Below, piece after piece: positions 1-10,308 of a stretch of DNA of 32,000 bases. The notes under the pieces are model-generated. The model saw only the letters and a program-made list of their open reading frames with translations. It had not been told where the DNA came from and did not search any database. The position numbers and the translations under genes were made by a program. Source of the stretch: Chlamydiales bacterium (GTDB lineage: Bacteria; Chlamydiota; Chlamydiia; Chlamydiales; JAAKFR01); assembly GCA_041395025.1 (NCBI GenBank), contig JAWLBH010000001.1:1200001-1232000 (forward strand). Reading direction: 5' to 3'. Within the stretch, counting starts at the first letter, position 1. Each line of letters begins with the position of its first letter.

Positions 1-2812
1 AAATGCTCGCTCTGTGATCATGCGTCTATTTTTTGATCCTAAGCGTTATAATTTAGGACGAGTTGGTCGCTATAAACTCAACCGAAAATTAGGTTTTGAA
101 ATCAATGATGATGCTCTGTCAATTATTACTCTTAGAAAAGAAGATGTTGTTGGTGCATTGAAGTATTTGATTCGTTTGAGAGATGGTGAAGAAAACATGC
201 AACTTGATGATATTGATCATCTTGCTAATAGGCGTGTGCGTTCTGTCGGTGAACTCATTCAAAATCAGTGTCGAGTGGGTTTAGCTAGAATGGAGAAAAT
301 CATTAAAGAACGGATGAATTTATTTGATTTTTCTTCTGACACATTAACCCCAGGTAAGATTGTTTCAGCAAAAGGATTAGCAGGGGTTTTAAAAGACTTT
401 TTTGGTCGTTCACAGCTATCTCAGTTTATGGATCAGACGAATCCAGTAGCTGAATTAACTCATAAAAGAAGACTTTCTGCTTTAGGGCCGGGAGGATTAA
501 ATCGAGAACGAGCTGGCTTTGAAGTTCGCGATGTTCATGCAAGCCACTATGGAAGAATCTGTCCGATTGAAACTCCTGAGGGGCCAAATATTGGTTTAAT
601 TACTTCTCTCTCTTCTTTTGCTAAAATTAATGAATTTGGTTTTATCGAAACGCCCTATCGTATTGTAAAAGATGGAGTTGTAACTGATGAAATTGAGTAT
701 ATGACTGCCGATATAGAAGAAAGATGTGTCATTGCTCAAGCTTCTGCGCCCTTAGATAAATACAACATGTTTGTAGAATCCATTTGTTGGGCTCGTTATA
801 GGGGAGAGTCTTTAGAAATTGAAACTGAGCGCGTCACTCATATGGATGTTTCTCCGAAACAACTCGTTTCAATTGTCACAGGCTTAATTCCTTTTCTTGA
901 GCATGATGATGCGAATCGAGCTTTAATGGGGTCAAACATGCAGCGTCAAGCGGTTCCTCTGTTAAAAACAGAAGCACCAATTGTAGGAACAGGTTTAGAA
1001 GCACGTGCAGCACGTGATTCAGGTGCTGTGCTTATTGCGGAAGAAGAGGGCGTGGTTGATTATGTTGATGGATTGAAAATTGTGATTGCCTCAAAAGCTA
1101 ATCCTTTGGAAAAGAAAGCCTATCAGCTAAAAAAATTTATGAGATCAAATGCTGGTACCTCGGTCAATCAACAACCTCTTTGCGGAATTGGTGATGAAAT
1201 TCAAGCAGGAGATGTCATTGCAGATGGACCCGCAACAGAGCAAGGAGAAGTGGCTTTAGGCAAGAATGTCCTTGTAGCATTTATGCCTTGGTTTGGATAC
1301 AACTTCGAAGACGCAATTATTATTTCTGAAAAATTATTACGTCAAGATGCCTACACATCAATCTATATTGAAGAGTTTGAACTGACTGCACGAGATACTA
1401 AACTCGGTAAGGAAGAAATTACACGTGATATTCCAAATGTATCTGAAGAAGCACTTCTTCATCTTGGAGAAGATGGGATTATTCGGATTGGGGCTGAAGT
1501 TAAGCCAGGGGATATCCTTGTTGGGAAGATTACACCAAAATCTGAAACAGAACTTGCTCCTGAGGAGCGGTTACTTCGGGCGATTTTTGGTGAGAAAGCT
1601 GCGGATGTTAAAGACGCTTCTCTGACTGTTCCTCCGGGTACAGAGGGAGTGGTAATGGATGTAAAGGTGTTTAGCCGTCGCGATCGTCTTTCTAAAACAG
1701 ACGATGAGCTTGTTGAAGAAGCGACTCATCTGAAAGATCTCCAAAAAGACTATAAGCAAAAGATGATGCATTTAGTCATAGAAAGGCATGAAAAATTAGG
1801 GGCACTTCTATTAAATGAACCATCTCCTGCTGCAATTATTCATCGCAGGACTGCAGAAGAAATTATTCCAAAAGGAATTGTGTTTAAGCAGGATCTAATT
1901 GAAAAACTGGAAGAAGAAGATCCAATTGATTTGATCATGCCTAGTAATGAAATCTATGACTTACTAAGAGTGATTTTGCGTGATTATGAAACTGAGTTAC
2001 AGAAACTTGAGATGCAGCATAAAACAGAATTAGAGCAATTGCGTAAAGGAGATGCTGATTTAGATCCAGGGGTGATTCGTCAAGTCAAAGTCTATATAGC
2101 TTCAAAAAGAAAGCTTCAGGTTGGGGATAAAATGGCAGGTCGACACGGAAACAAGGGAGTGGTCTCAAAGATCGTTCCAGAAGGAGATATGCCTTATTTG
2201 CCAACCGGAGATACAATAGAAATTATTTTAAATCCTCTTGGGGTCCCTTCTCGTATGAATATGGGACAAGTACTAGAGACGCATCTTGGATTTGCGGCTA
2301 AAAAGGCGGGGATTTACGTTAAGAGTCCTGTTTTTGAGGGTTTTCCTGAAGATCGTATTTGGGAAATGATGCGCGAACAAGGGCTTCCCGATGATGGAAA
2401 ATCATTTCTTTACGATGGAAAAACAGGAGAACGTTTTGATAGTCGTGTAGTCATTGGCTATATTTACATGTTGAAATTAAGCCATCTTGTTGCTGATAAA
2501 ATTCATGCCCGTTCAATTGGGCCTTATTCTTTAGTCACTCAACAGCCTTTAGGTGGTAAAGCTCAGATGGGTGGTCAGCGTTTTGGAGAAATGGAAGTAT
2601 GGGCTCTAGAAGCTTATGGAGCAGCTAATGTGTTGCAGGAAATTATGACTGTGAAATCTGATGATGTATTAGGAAGGACTCGTATTTATGAATCGATTGT
2701 AAAAGGAGAAAATTTACTTTATCCAGGAACTCCAGAGTCCTTTAATGTGTTAATAAAAGAGATGCAAGGATTGGCTTTAGATGCTCGTCCTTTAACAGTT
2801 CATGAAGGATAA
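1..2812 (+). CDS. rpoB: DNA-directed RNA polymerase beta subunit, 5'-partial (N-terminus upstream of window)
   Basis: The frame is open from the window edge (codon phase from nt 2), so the GTG at 14 in the ORF track is internal. Hallmark RNAP beta motifs are present: [78 protein letters not shown]. Stop TAA at 2810-2812. Confidence 0.97.
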   Translation, partial: NARSVIMRLFFDPKRYNLGRVGRYKLNRKLGFEINDDALSIITLRKEDVVGALKYLIRLRDGEENMQLDDIDHLANRRVRSVGELIQNQCRVGLARMEKIIKERMNLFDFSSDTLTPGKIVSAKGLAGVLKDFFGRSQLSQFMDQTNPVAELTHKRRLSALGPGGLNRERAGFEVRDVHASHYGRICPIETPEGPNIGLITSLSSFAKINEFGFIETPYRIVKDGVVTDEIEYMTADIEERCVIAQASAPLDKYNMFVESICWARYRGESLEIETERVTHMDVSPKQLVSIVTGLIPFLEHDDANRALMGSNMQRQAVPLLKTEAPIVGTGLEARAARDSGAVLIAEEEGVVDYVDGLKIVIASKANPLEKKAYQLKKFMRSNAGTSVNQQPLCGIGDEIQAGDVIADGPATEQGEVALGKNVLVAFMPWFGYNFEDAIIISEKLLRQDAYTSIYIEEFELTARDTKLGKEEITRDIPNVSEEALLHLGEDGIIRIGAEVKPGDILVGKITPKSETELAPEERLLRAIFGEKAADVKDASLTVPPGTEGVVMDVKVFSRRDRLSKTDDELVEEATHLKDLQKDYKQKMMHLVIERHEKLGALLLNEPSPAAIIHRRTAEEIIPKGIVFKQDLIEKLEEEDPIDLIMPSNEIYDLLRVILRDYETELQKLEMQHKTELEQLRKGDADLDPGVIRQVKVYIASKRKLQVGDKMAGRHGNKGVVSKIVPEGDMPYLPTGDTIEIILNPLGVPSRMNMGQVLETHLGFAAKKAGIYVKSPVFEGFPEDRIWEMMREQGLPDDGKSFLYDGKTGERFDSRVVIGYIYMLKLSHLVADKIHARSIGPYSLVTQQPLGGKAQMGGQRFGEMEVWALEAYGAANVLQEIMTVKSDDVLGRTRIYESIVKGENLLYPGTPESFNVLIKEMQGLALDARPLTVHEG

Positions 2813-2858
2813 ATTTGAGTAGTGATCTGTCTAAATAATCTATTGTGGAGAGCCGTGA

Positions 2859-5800
2859 ATGTTTGAAGAGTCTCAAAAAAATCGTTTTGATAAGTTAAAA
2901 ATCGGAATCGCATCGGATGCTGTTATTCGAGATAAGTGGTCCCTTGGAGAGATAAAAAAACCTGAAACTATTAACTACCGTACATTTAAGCCTGAAAAGG
3001 GAGGACTTTTTTGTGAAAAGATTTTTGGTCCCACAAAAGATTGGGAGTGTGCTTGTGGTAAGTATAAAAAAATCAAACACAAAGGAATTGTCTGTGATCG
3101 ATGTGGTGTAGAGGTGACTCTTTCAAAAGTTCGTCGAGAGAGGATGGCACATATTGAGCTTTCTGTTCCTGTTGTCCACATCTGGTTTTTTAAGTCAATG
3201 CCTTCGCGTATTGGTAATGTTTTAGGCATGTCTTCGAGTGATCTTGAACGGATTATTTATTACGAAGAGTATGTGGTTATTGAGTCTGGTCAAACTGATC
3301 TTGAACGTAAACAACTACTAAATGATGCAGAGTATCGAGATGCAATTGAGAAGTGGGGCCATGGAGCTTTTGACGCAAAAATGGGTGGAGAAGCGGTTGC
3401 TGATTTATTACGTAATGAAGATCTCGATGGGTTATTAATAGATCTCAAAGAAAAACTCAGAAGAACAAAATCTCAACAAGCTCGCATGAAATTGGCTAAG
3501 CGCCTTAAGATTGTAGAAGGATTTGTCACCTCTTCTAATAAGCCTGAATGGATGGTGATGCGATCCATTCCTGTCATTCCACCTGATTTAAGGCCACTAG
3601 TTCCTCTTGACGGGGGACGTTTTGCTACTTCAGATCTAAATGATCTTTATCGTCGAGTGATTAATCGCAATAATCGCTTAAAAGCTATTTTACGTCTTAA
3701 AACACCTGACGTAATTGTCCGAAATGAAAAAAGGATGCTACAAGAGGCAGTAGATGCTCTTTTTGATAATGGTCGTCATGGTCATCCAGTCATGGGAGCA
3801 GGAAATCGTCCATTAAAATCCCTCTCTGAAATGCTTAAAGGAAAGGGAGGACGCTTTCGTCAAAACCTTCTTGGTAAAAGAGTAGATTATTCAGGTCGCT
3901 CTGTGATTATTGTAGGACCTGAGTTGAAGTTTAATCAGTGTGGAATTCCTAAAGACATGGCTCTTGAGCTTTTTGAACCTTTTATTGTGAAACGATTAAA
4001 AGAATTAGGATATGTCTATACGATTCGTTCAGCTAAAAAAATGATCCAACGGGGAGCACCTGAAGTATGGGATGTCCTTGAAGAGATTATAAAAGGCCAT
4101 CCAGTCATGCTGAACCGAGCTCCTACTCTTCATAGACTTGGGATTCAAGCTTTTGAACCTGTGCTTATTGAAGGAAAGGCCATTCGGATACACCCTCTCG
4201 TTTGTTCCGCCTTTAATGCGGACTTTGATGGTGATCAAATGGCTGTTCACGTTCCCTTATCGATTGAAGCTCAGCTAGAAACAAAAATTTTAATGATGGC
4301 TCCTGATAATATTTTCCTGCCTTCTTCTGGTAAGCCTGTTGCGATTCCTTCTAAAGATATGACTTTAGGACTCTATTATTTAATGGCAGATCCTATTTAT
4401 TTTCCTAAAAAGACCAAAGTGTTTTCGGATCAAAATGAAGTGCTATTAGCTCTATCAGCTGCTGATAGTATGACTTTATTTAATGAAAGAGGTAAAAAAA
4501 GCAACAGATATGACACCACAGGTCGGGGTTTACATATTCATGAAAAAATTCAAGTAAGGATTGAAGGATCCATTATTGTTACGACACCAGGTCGAGTACT
4601 TTTTAATAAAATTGTACCAAAAGAACTTGGATTTCAGAATTACAACATGCCAAGCAAACGCATGAGTCAGTTGATTCTTGATTGTTATAGAAAGGTTGGA
4701 TTAGAAGCAACAGTTAAATTTTTAGATGATCTTAAAGATCTAGGTTTCTCTCAGGCTACAAAAGCAGCGATTTCCATGGGGATTACTGACGTACGTATTC
4801 CTAAAATTAAGCATAAAGTCATTAAGGATGCGTATCAGAAAGTAGAAGTTGTGCGTAAACAATATGAAGATGGAATTATCACTGATGGTGAGCGAGAGTC
4901 AAAAACAATTAGCATTTGGACTGAAGTCTCAGATTATCTTTCTGAAACTCTGTTTGAAGAAGTAAGTAAAGTCGAAGATTCTCGCCATAATCCTCTCTTT
5001 TTAATGATTGATTCTGGAGCAAGGGGAAATAAGTCTCAGTTGAAACAACTTGGTGGTTTACGTGGTCTGATGGCTAAGCCAACAGGAGAGATTATTGAAT
5101 CTCCAATTACCTCTAATTTTAGAGAAGGTTTAACAGTGATTGAATATTCAATTTCCTCTCATGGCGCGCGTAAAGGTCTTGCGGATACTGCTTTGAAAAC
5201 AGCAGATTCAGGTTATTTGACTCGTCGACTCGTTGATGTGGCTCAAGATGTCATTGTGACTGAGTTTGATTGTGGCACGTTGAATGCAATTGAAGTTTCA
5301 GGAATTAAACAGGGACAAGAAGAATTATTACCACTTAAAGATCGTATTTACGGTCGAACAATTGCTGATAATATTTATCAACCTGGTGATAAGAGTAAAC
5401 TGCTTGCAAAAGCTGGCGATATTCTAACAGCTCAACAAGCTGAATTGATTGATGATGCAGGAATTGAGAGTGTAAGAATTCGTTCTCCATTAACATGTGA
5501 AAGTCGACGAGGAGTTTGTGCAAATTGTTATGGAATGAATTTAGCTAATGGACGTCAGATTGGATTAGGAGAAGCTGTTGGAATTATTGCCGCGCAGTCC
5601 ATTGGAGAACCGGGGACTCAGTTGACAATGAGAACATTTCATTTAGGAGGGATTGCTGCAGCTACTTTTAGTCCTGAGATTGTTGTGGAAAATGAGGGAA
5701 TTGCTGTCTATATGGATTTAAGAACAGTTGAGGATTCGCATGGAAATTCTTTGGTTTTAAATAAAAATGGAGCATTACATGTTGTGCGTGATGAGGGACG

Positions 5801-7001
5801 TAAACTCCAAGACTATAAGAAACTTCTTAGCACAAAATCTATAGAATCTCTTCAAATAATTCCGCTTGAGCTTGGAGCTAAAATTCTTGTTAAAGATGGA
5901 GCATCTGTCCATCCTGGACAAAAAATTGTAGAAATTGAGCTTCATAACATTCCTATTATTTGCGATCGTTCCGGATATATTAAATACGAAGATCTTGTGG
6001 AAGGTATTTCAACTGAAAAAGAAATTAATAAACAAACTGGACTTATAGAATTAATCGTAAAACAACATCGAGGTGAGCTACATCCTCAAATTGCAATTTA
6101 TAATGATCCTGATTTTAAAGATTTAGTGGGTACTTATGCTATTCCAGCTGGAGCTGTTTTATCTGTAGATGAAAAGCAACACATTAAACCTGGTATGCTT
6201 CTTGCACGTCTTCCACGTGGTGCGATTAAGACGAAAGATATTACGGGTGGGTTACCACGAGTTGCAGAATTAGTTGAAGCACGTAAACCTAAGGAAGCAG
6301 CTGAGATTGCAAAAATTGATGGTTTAGTTGACTTTCGTGGTGTTCAGAAAAATAGACGCATTGTGATTGTACGTGATGAGACAACAGGAATGGAAGAAGA
6401 GCATCTTATTCCACTCACTAAGCATTTAATTGTACAGAGAGGAGATAATGTATTAAAAGGACAACAATTGACGGACGGACTTGTTGTTCCACACGAAATT
6501 CTTGAAATTTGTGGTGTACGTGAACTACAAAAATATCTTGTTAACGAAGTACAAGAAGTTTATCAACTTCAAGGTGTAGATATTAATGATAAACATATTG
6601 AGATCATTGTACGACAAATGTTACAAAAAGTTAGGGTCATTGATCCAGGTGATACCACTCTTCTTTTTGGAGAAGAGGTACATAAGAAGCAGTTTTACGA
6701 AGAAAATCGACGTACGATTGAAGAAGGTGGAAAGCCAGCTCAAGCTGCTCCTCTATTGCTTGGAATTACAAAAGCTTCACTTGGAACTCAGTCCTTCATT
6801 TCCGCAGCTTCATTTCAAGACACAACACGTGTTCTAACAGGCGCGGCTTGTGCAGGAAATACGGATTATCTTATGGGATTTAAGGAAAATGTGATTATGG
6901 GCCATATGATTCCTGGTGGAACAGGCTTTGACAATCATTATCGAGTGAAACAATATCTTGACTCTGAAGAACAAGAAGAACTTGCTTTTGATTTTGGTTA
7001 A
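2859..7001 (+). CDS. rpoC: DNA-directed RNA polymerase beta' subunit (1380 aa)
   Basis: ATG at 2859 is preceded by GGAG (2847-2850) with an 8-nt spacer. It has the Zn-finger [23 protein letters not shown], the catalytic [25 protein letters not shown] and [16 protein letters not shown]. It lies 46 nt downstream of rpoB. Confidence 0.98.
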   Translation: MFEESQKNRFDKLKIGIASDAVIRDKWSLGEIKKPETINYRTFKPEKGGLFCEKIFGPTKDWECACGKYKKIKHKGIVCDRCGVEVTLSKVRRERMAHIELSVPVVHIWFFKSMPSRIGNVLGMSSSDLERIIYYEEYVVIESGQTDLERKQLLNDAEYRDAIEKWGHGAFDAKMGGEAVADLLRNEDLDGLLIDLKEKLRRTKSQQARMKLAKRLKIVEGFVTSSNKPEWMVMRSIPVIPPDLRPLVPLDGGRFATSDLNDLYRRVINRNNRLKAILRLKTPDVIVRNEKRMLQEAVDALFDNGRHGHPVMGAGNRPLKSLSEMLKGKGGRFRQNLLGKRVDYSGRSVIIVGPELKFNQCGIPKDMALELFEPFIVKRLKELGYVYTIRSAKKMIQRGAPEVWDVLEEIIKGHPVMLNRAPTLHRLGIQAFEPVLIEGKAIRIHPLVCSAFNADFDGDQMAVHVPLSIEAQLETKILMMAPDNIFLPSSGKPVAIPSKDMTLGLYYLMADPIYFPKKTKVFSDQNEVLLALSAADSMTLFNERGKKSNRYDTTGRGLHIHEKIQVRIEGSIIVTTPGRVLFNKIVPKELGFQNYNMPSKRMSQLILDCYRKVGLEATVKFLDDLKDLGFSQATKAAISMGITDVRIPKIKHKVIKDAYQKVEVVRKQYEDGIITDGERESKTISIWTEVSDYLSETLFEEVSKVEDSRHNPLFLMIDSGARGNKSQLKQLGGLRGLMAKPTGEIIESPITSNFREGLTVIEYSISSHGARKGLADTALKTADSGYLTRRLVDVAQDVIVTEFDCGTLNAIEVSGIKQGQEELLPLKDRIYGRTIADNIYQPGDKSKLLAKAGDILTAQQAELIDDAGIESVRIRSPLTCESRRGVCANCYGMNLANGRQIGLGEAVGIIAAQSIGEPGTQLTMRTFHLGGIAAATFSPEIVVENEGIAVYMDLRTVEDSHGNSLVLNKNGALHVVRDEGRKLQDYKKLLSTKSIESLQIIPLELGAKILVKDGASVHPGQKIVEIELHNIPIICDRSGYIKYEDLVEGISTEKEINKQTGLIELIVKQHRGELHPQIAIYNDPDFKDLVGTYAIPAGAVLSVDEKQHIKPGMLLARLPRGAIKTKDITGGLPRVAELVEARKPKEAAEIAKIDGLVDFRGVQKNRRIVIVRDETTGMEEEHLIPLTKHLIVQRGDNVLKGQQLTDGLVVPHEILEICGVRELQKYLVNEVQEVYQLQGVDINDKHIEIIVRQMLQKVRVIDPGDTTLLFGEEVHKKQFYEENRRTIEEGGKPAQAAPLLLGITKASLGTQSFISAASFQDTTRVLTGAACAGNTDYLMGFKENVIMGHMIPGGTGFDNHYRVKQYLDSEEQEELAFDFG

Positions 7002-7036
7002 TTCGGTAATATCAAATCTACTAGGGAAAGGTATTT

Positions 7037-8008
7037 TTATACAGCCGAAGCCATGTGTTTGAGAATGTGTTTTTCAAGCTTAAGAGTGTCTTTAACAAAA
7101 TTCCGAATTCCTTCAGAGAGTTTTTCAGTTGCCATTGCGTTGTTATTTAATTCGAAGCGAAAGACAGACTCGTCAATTTTTAATTCTTGGATAGACATTT
7201 TCTTAGATATCTCTTGAGAAAGTTTAGGTTTAATCATTCCTTGACTATTCTTTAAAATGTCCAATAGCTTTGGTGAAATGGTCAATAAGTCACAACCAGC
7301 TAGTTCCAAAATCTCATCGACATTGCGAAATGAAGCTCCCATAATTTGGGTTTTATACCCAAATTTTTTATAATAATTATAAATTTCTGTGACTGAGAGG
7401 ACACCTGGATCTTTTTCTGGTAAATAATTTATGACATCTTGATGTGCTTGATACCAATCGAGAATACGTCCGACAAAAGGAGAAATGAGTGTTGCACCAA
7501 CTTCTGCTGCTGCAACTGCTTGCACTAGGCTAAACATGAGAGTCATATTACAATGAATCCCCTCTTTTTCAAGAATTTGTGCAGCTTGAAAGCCTTCCCA
7601 AGTTGAAGCAAGTTTGATTAAAATACGTGCACGATCAATACCTTCTGCTTCATATAACTCGATTAAATGGATTGCCTTTTTTATACTTTTTTGTGCATCA
7701 AAAGAAAGACGAGCATCGACTTCTGTGGATACCCGTCCTGGGATAATTTTTAAAATTTCAAGACCAAAGTTAACAAAGAGCTTATCCATAATAAGATGGA
7801 GTCTTTCATTTTGATTGCATTTTTTACTCATTCCCCAATGGATGGCATCATGAATCAAGTATTGATAAGCTTCCTCAGAAGCAGCTTGAAAGATTAATGA
7901 AGGATTAGTCGTTGCATCAGTTGGTGCATATTTTTTAATGCTTTTGATATCACCTGTGTCACAAACGACTGTCGTTATCTGCTTTAATTGATCTAGTTTA
8001 GACAGCAT
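7037..8008 (-). CDS. tal: Transaldolase (TalB-type, 323 aa)
   Basis: Motifs DATTNPSLI, GRVSTEVDARLSFD, ILIKLASTWEG (Schiff-base Lys region) and ISPFVGRILDWY closely resemble E. coli TalB. The gene is convergent with rpoC across a 35-nt gap. Confidence 0.95.
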   Translation of the reverse strand: MLSKLDQLKQITTVVCDTGDIKSIKKYAPTDATTNPSLIFQAASEEAYQYLIHDAIHWGMSKKCNQNERLHLIMDKLFVNFGLEILKIIPGRVSTEVDARLSFDAQKSIKKAIHLIELYEAEGIDRARILIKLASTWEGFQAAQILEKEGIHCNMTLMFSLVQAVAAAEVGATLISPFVGRILDWYQAHQDVINYLPEKDPGVLSVTEIYNYYKKFGYKTQIMGASFRNVDEILELAGCDLLTISPKLLDILKNSQGMIKPKLSQEISKKMSIQELKIDESVFRFELNNNAMATEKLSEGIRNFVKDTLKLEKHILKHMASAV

Positions 8009-8245
8009 AGCACACCCTATTTATTGGCTTATTATGGCAATAAAAATACATATATTCTTACATTGTATAATAAAATCATTAAAAAATATCATTATTTAAA
8101 ATTTCTTAAATAGAAAAATAAAATCTTTTTAAAGATTTGAATATAAATTAGATGAAATTTTCAATTTTTCTATTCATGATGAGCAATAAAAAATTTTATC
8201 TAATTTTACCTTGTATTTGTTAAACAATCTCTGTTTATATCAATT

Positions 8246-8731
8246 CTAATGATGAATAGTTCCTTTGATCAAGCAATGAATATGAGCTGTTTTTTCATTT
8301 TCATTAAAAGCTTTTTGCTTTAAATAGGCAGCTCGATGTAGACCTTTTTTAGTCATGATCATCCGTACTAATTCATGTTCTCCCTTTGGAAAAAAACGTT
8401 CATAGATAACGTCATTTGGGTCATTTCTAATGATTTGCCACTTGACAAGAGGACTTTTCTTCTGTTCACTAATCATTGCTTCTTCAGCTGTTGACCCCTC
8501 AATGAGATGAGAATCTTTAAATTGAATTGTTAAAAGTTCTGGCCAATTTGCACCATTCTCTTCTTCTCCAATAAAATGAGAAATAGAGGATCCATTGTCA
8601 TCTGCAGATTCTTTCACTTTTTTCCAAATATTTTTTTCTTCAAATGGGATTAAAAACGTTTCATCGAAAGTATAGCTTGCTTCAAGATGAGAGATGAAAA
8701 CAAACAGAATGAATAAAATAAATCTTCTCAT
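8246..8731 (-). CDS. Hypothetical secreted protein (about 161 aa from internal ATG)
   Basis: This is a long ORF in stop-rich AT-rich DNA. The internal Met at 8731 begins MRRFILFILFVFISHLEAS, a classic signal peptide. The upstream extension to 8818 is Lys/Phe/Ile low-complexity sequence. The C-terminus is His-rich (HIHCLIKGTIHH). I recognise no family. Confidence 0.7.
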   Translation of the reverse strand: MRRFILFILFVFISHLEASYTFDETFLIPFEEKNIWKKVKESADDNGSSISHFIGEEENGANWPELLTIQFKDSHLIEGSTAEEAMISEQKKSPLVKWQIIRNDPNDVIYERFFPKGEHELVRMIMTKKGLHRAAYLKQKAFNENEKTAHIHCLIKGTIHH

Positions 8732-8808
8732 GGTATGAAAATATGATAAAACACCAAGTATATATTTTTTTATTCTTTTAATAAAGAAAATAAAAAATTT
8801 AACTTTGA

Positions 8809-8833
8809 AATTTATCAAAGAGTTTGATAAATT
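8809..8833. promoter_or_regulatory. Perfect 11-bp inverted repeat AATTTATCAAA-gag-TTTGATAAATT in a divergent intergenic region (candidate operator)
   Basis: Read directly: 8809-8819 is the reverse complement of 8823-8833. It lies 32 nt upstream of the ATG at 8865. The 9-mer GAGTTTGAT recurs at 8820-8828 and 8851-8859. The AT-rich context raises the chance expectation for such a match. Confidence 0.3.
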
Positions 8834-8864
8834 GAATGTGATTTTTAATTGAGTTTGATTGACG

Positions 8865-9239
8865 ATGCAAGTAGGACATAAACTTCAGATTCATTGCCAA
8901 GAATGTGAGGCTCCTATTTTTTTTTCTGTCCTTGATCAAGACCATTTTACTAAAATCCTCCTCTGTAATCAATGTGGTCAAAAATACGCATTTGAGGATA
9001 CCACTCTACTTAAACACCTCCACCAATTTGAATCTCTTTGTCATCAAATTCATGCATCGCAAGACATTTTAGGAGAAGCATCGATTGCAATAGATGTAGG
9101 TTCCCATCATGTGAAAGTCCCTTTTAACATTCTTTTAACTAGGCTCAGCTCTGTAATTGATTTAGAAGTGAAAGGAAAAAAAATCTCTGTTGCTTTTCGT
9201 ATTGAGCCTCTTAAAGATGTACCTGATGCATTCAATTAA
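8865..9239 (+). CDS. Hypothetical small zinc-ribbon protein (about 124 aa)
   Basis: ATG at 8865 (the ORF-track start at 8859 is TTG). Four Cys are arranged CQEC-x20-CNQC near the N-terminus, as in a Zn ribbon. There is no signal peptide. It is divergent from the 8246-8731 gene and is followed by a strong hairpin. Confidence 0.75.
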   Translation: MQVGHKLQIHCQECEAPIFFSVLDQDHFTKILLCNQCGQKYAFEDTTLLKHLHQFESLCHQIHASQDILGEASIAIDVGSHHVKVPFNILLTRLSSVIDLEVKGKKISVAFRIEPLKDVPDAFN

Positions 9240-9274
9240 AAAATAGTCTGTAGAACTATTGTGATTAAAAAAGA

Positions 9275-9313
9275 AGAAAGATCTATTGTTCATTATGAAC
9301 AATAGATCTTTCT
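9275..9313. terminator. Bidirectional intrinsic-terminator-like hairpin between convergent genes
   Basis: AGAAAGATCTATTGTTCAT (9275-9293) and ATGAACAATAGATCTTTCT (9295-9313) are exact reverse complements, giving a 19-nt palindrome arm. On the minus strand it is followed by TTCTTTTTT. On the plus strand the T-tract is weak (GGTTTGC). Confidence 0.55.
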
Positions 9314-9393
9314 GGTTTGCATAGGAACCATTTCTTTAATCATCATATTAAAAATTTTTAATAATATTAAGTTTGACTGTCTCTCCATTAGAA

Positions 9394-9864
9394 TCATTTT
9401 TTGTAGAGTTTAAAAAAATTTGAAGATAGAAGATCGGTCTGGTATCTATCTAGATAAATATGGATATTTTGATGGTTTTCTAACGAAGAGATGAGTTTTT
9501 CAGTGGCTTCTTCAGATAACAGAAATTTTTGTCCTCCTCTCATACGTGTGGCTTTGTAAGAAAATATCTTTTGTTCAATCAAAAATACAACAGGAACTTG
9601 GTTAGATCCATCTAGAGAGAGGGGAATTGGGTGAGCAGAAATAGTAAGATATACTACTGTTCCAAATGCTCCTTTTAATAATTCTACATTGATGCCATTG
9701 ATTGGATCTTTGGTTCGATGGAGGATACGATGTGAGTTCCATTGTCGATGTGTTGAAGAAGTCTGACTATATGACCATTCTTTATGTGCAATACAGGCTG
9801 GAAGGAGTAAAAGTAACCATATATAATTCGACTTATGGTGCAGTGTGGCTATGAACGACTCCAT
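9394..9864 (-). CDS. Hypothetical exported protein, possible lipoprotein (about 156 aa)
   Basis: ATG at 9864 gives MESFIATLHHKSNYIWLLLLLPAC, a hydrophobic core followed by a lipobox-like LPAC (Pro at -2 is atypical). The N-terminal mature region is His-rich (HKEW..THRQWNSHRILHR). It overlaps the upstream gene by 32 nt. I recognise no family. Confidence 0.65.
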   Translation of the reverse strand: MESFIATLHHKSNYIWLLLLLPACIAHKEWSYSQTSSTHRQWNSHRILHRTKDPINGINVELLKGAFGTVVYLTISAHPIPLSLDGSNQVPVVFLIEQKIFSYKATRMRGGQKFLLSEEATEKLISSLENHQNIHIYLDRYQTDLLSSNFFKLYKK

Positions 9865-10288
9865 TGTTTGATCCGATGATGAGGGTTGCTGCAGTAACGA
9901 TGACTGCAATGCCTAATCCCACATAGACAATATTTAAACCACACTGGGTAGAGGTAGAAGTAGCTGGTGGGGTGCAAGGATTTGGTTGAGGGTGTTCATC
10001 ACAACTACAAGGATAGCAGTTGCAACTAGGGCAATATCCGTGATTATAGTTTTGGTAGTCTAAAAAGGTATTACTACTTTCAGTACATGCGGGATTAGAT
10101 TTTGGTTGAGGGTCCTCATCAACACAACTCTCATCAACACAACTACAAGGATGGCAGTTGCAACTAGGACAGTATCCGTGATTATAGTTTTGGTAGTCTA
10201 AAAAGGTATTACTATCGGCATGAAGCAGTGAATGAGAACACATTAAGAAGATAATTAGTTTTGAAAAAAAAATACGCATGAATTTCAT
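9833..10288 (-). CDS. Small Cys-rich repeat protein with signal peptide and C-terminal TM anchor (151 aa)
   Basis: Signal peptide MKFMRIFFSKLIIFLMCSHSLLHA. Two copies of SNTFLDYQNYNHGYCPSCNC[H/Y]PCSC are each followed by an acidic/PQP..NP..C linker. I count 14 Cys in the mature part. The C-terminal hydrophobic helix is LNIVYVGLGIAVIVTAATLIIG, followed by the tail SNNGVVHSHTAP. It is a paralog of the next gene. Confidence 0.8.
   Translation of the reverse strand: MKFMRIFFSKLIIFLMCSHSLLHADSNTFLDYQNYNHGYCPSCNCHPCSCVDESCVDEDPQPKSNPACTESSNTFLDYQNYNHGYCPSCNCYPCSCDEHPQPNPCTPPATSTSTQCGLNIVYVGLGIAVIVTAATLIIGSNNGVVHSHTAP
9965..10213 (-). repeat. Intragenic tandem duplication (period 138 bp = 46 codons), with a nested 15-bp microduplication
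   Basis: Core copies 10001-10076 and 10139-10214 differ at 3 of 76 nt by manual alignment; two differences are synonymous and one is His/Tyr. The flanking TTTGGTTGAGGGT is also repeated (9981 and 10101). CTCATCAACACAACT occurs twice in tandem at about 10116-10145 and encodes SCVDESCVDE. Confidence 0.85.
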
Positions 10289-10308
10289 CTAACCATAATT
10301 AGGCTTAT

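Noticed and set aside
1425-7001. Short alternative-frame and antisense ORFs inside rpoB/rpoC (e.g. 1425-1625, 1571-1771, 2895-3229, 4029-4250, 5335-5523, 6586-6837)
   Set aside because: They are embedded in strongly supported, motif-rich essential genes, they are 61-84 aa long, and they have no SD or recognisable domains.
7002-7036. Expected intrinsic terminator between convergent rpoC and tal
   Set aside because: I could not find a convincing GC-containing stem-loop in the 35-nt gap. Termination may be Rho-dependent or occur within the opposing gene, and nothing positive can be reported.
8121-8138. AAATCTTT-tt-AAAGATTT palindrome as terminator of the 8246-8731 gene
   Set aside because: It is a pure A/T 8-bp stem with a 2-nt loop. 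It is thermodynamically weak and expected by chance in this very AT-rich spacer.
8176-8223. 15-codon plus-strand mini-ORF MMSNKKFYLILPCIC in the AT-rich tal-upstream spacer, resembling a truncated lipoprotein signal peptide
   Set aside because: It is too short and has no SD. It could be a relic of a degraded gene, but there is no extended frame or other support, so it is likely chance.
8732-8818. N-terminal 29-codon extension of the 190-aa ORF (MINFKVKFFIFFIKRIKKYILGVLSYFHT)
   Set aside because: This Lys/Phe/Ile-rich sequence is typical of translated AT-rich spacer. The internal Met at 8731 gives a textbook signal peptide, so the shorter form is preferred.
8799-8981. 60-aa minus-strand ORF overlapping the start of the Zn-ribbon gene
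   Set aside because: It is antisense to a better-supported ORF, spans the intergenic palindrome, and shows no SD or recognisable features.
9865-9909. Upstream extension of the 171-aa ORF (MQSSLLQQPSSSDQT)
   Set aside because: It would lie entirely within the C-terminal TM/tail coding region of the Cys-rich gene in another frame. The ATG at 9864 yields a signal-peptide-like N-terminus, so the shorter start is preferred. Neither start is proven.
9965-10213. Whether the repeated sequence could be a CRISPR array or mobile-element terminal repeats
   Set aside because: There are only two copies. They are contiguous and in frame within a coding sequence, and no spacers, cas genes, transposase or integrase occur anywhere in the window.
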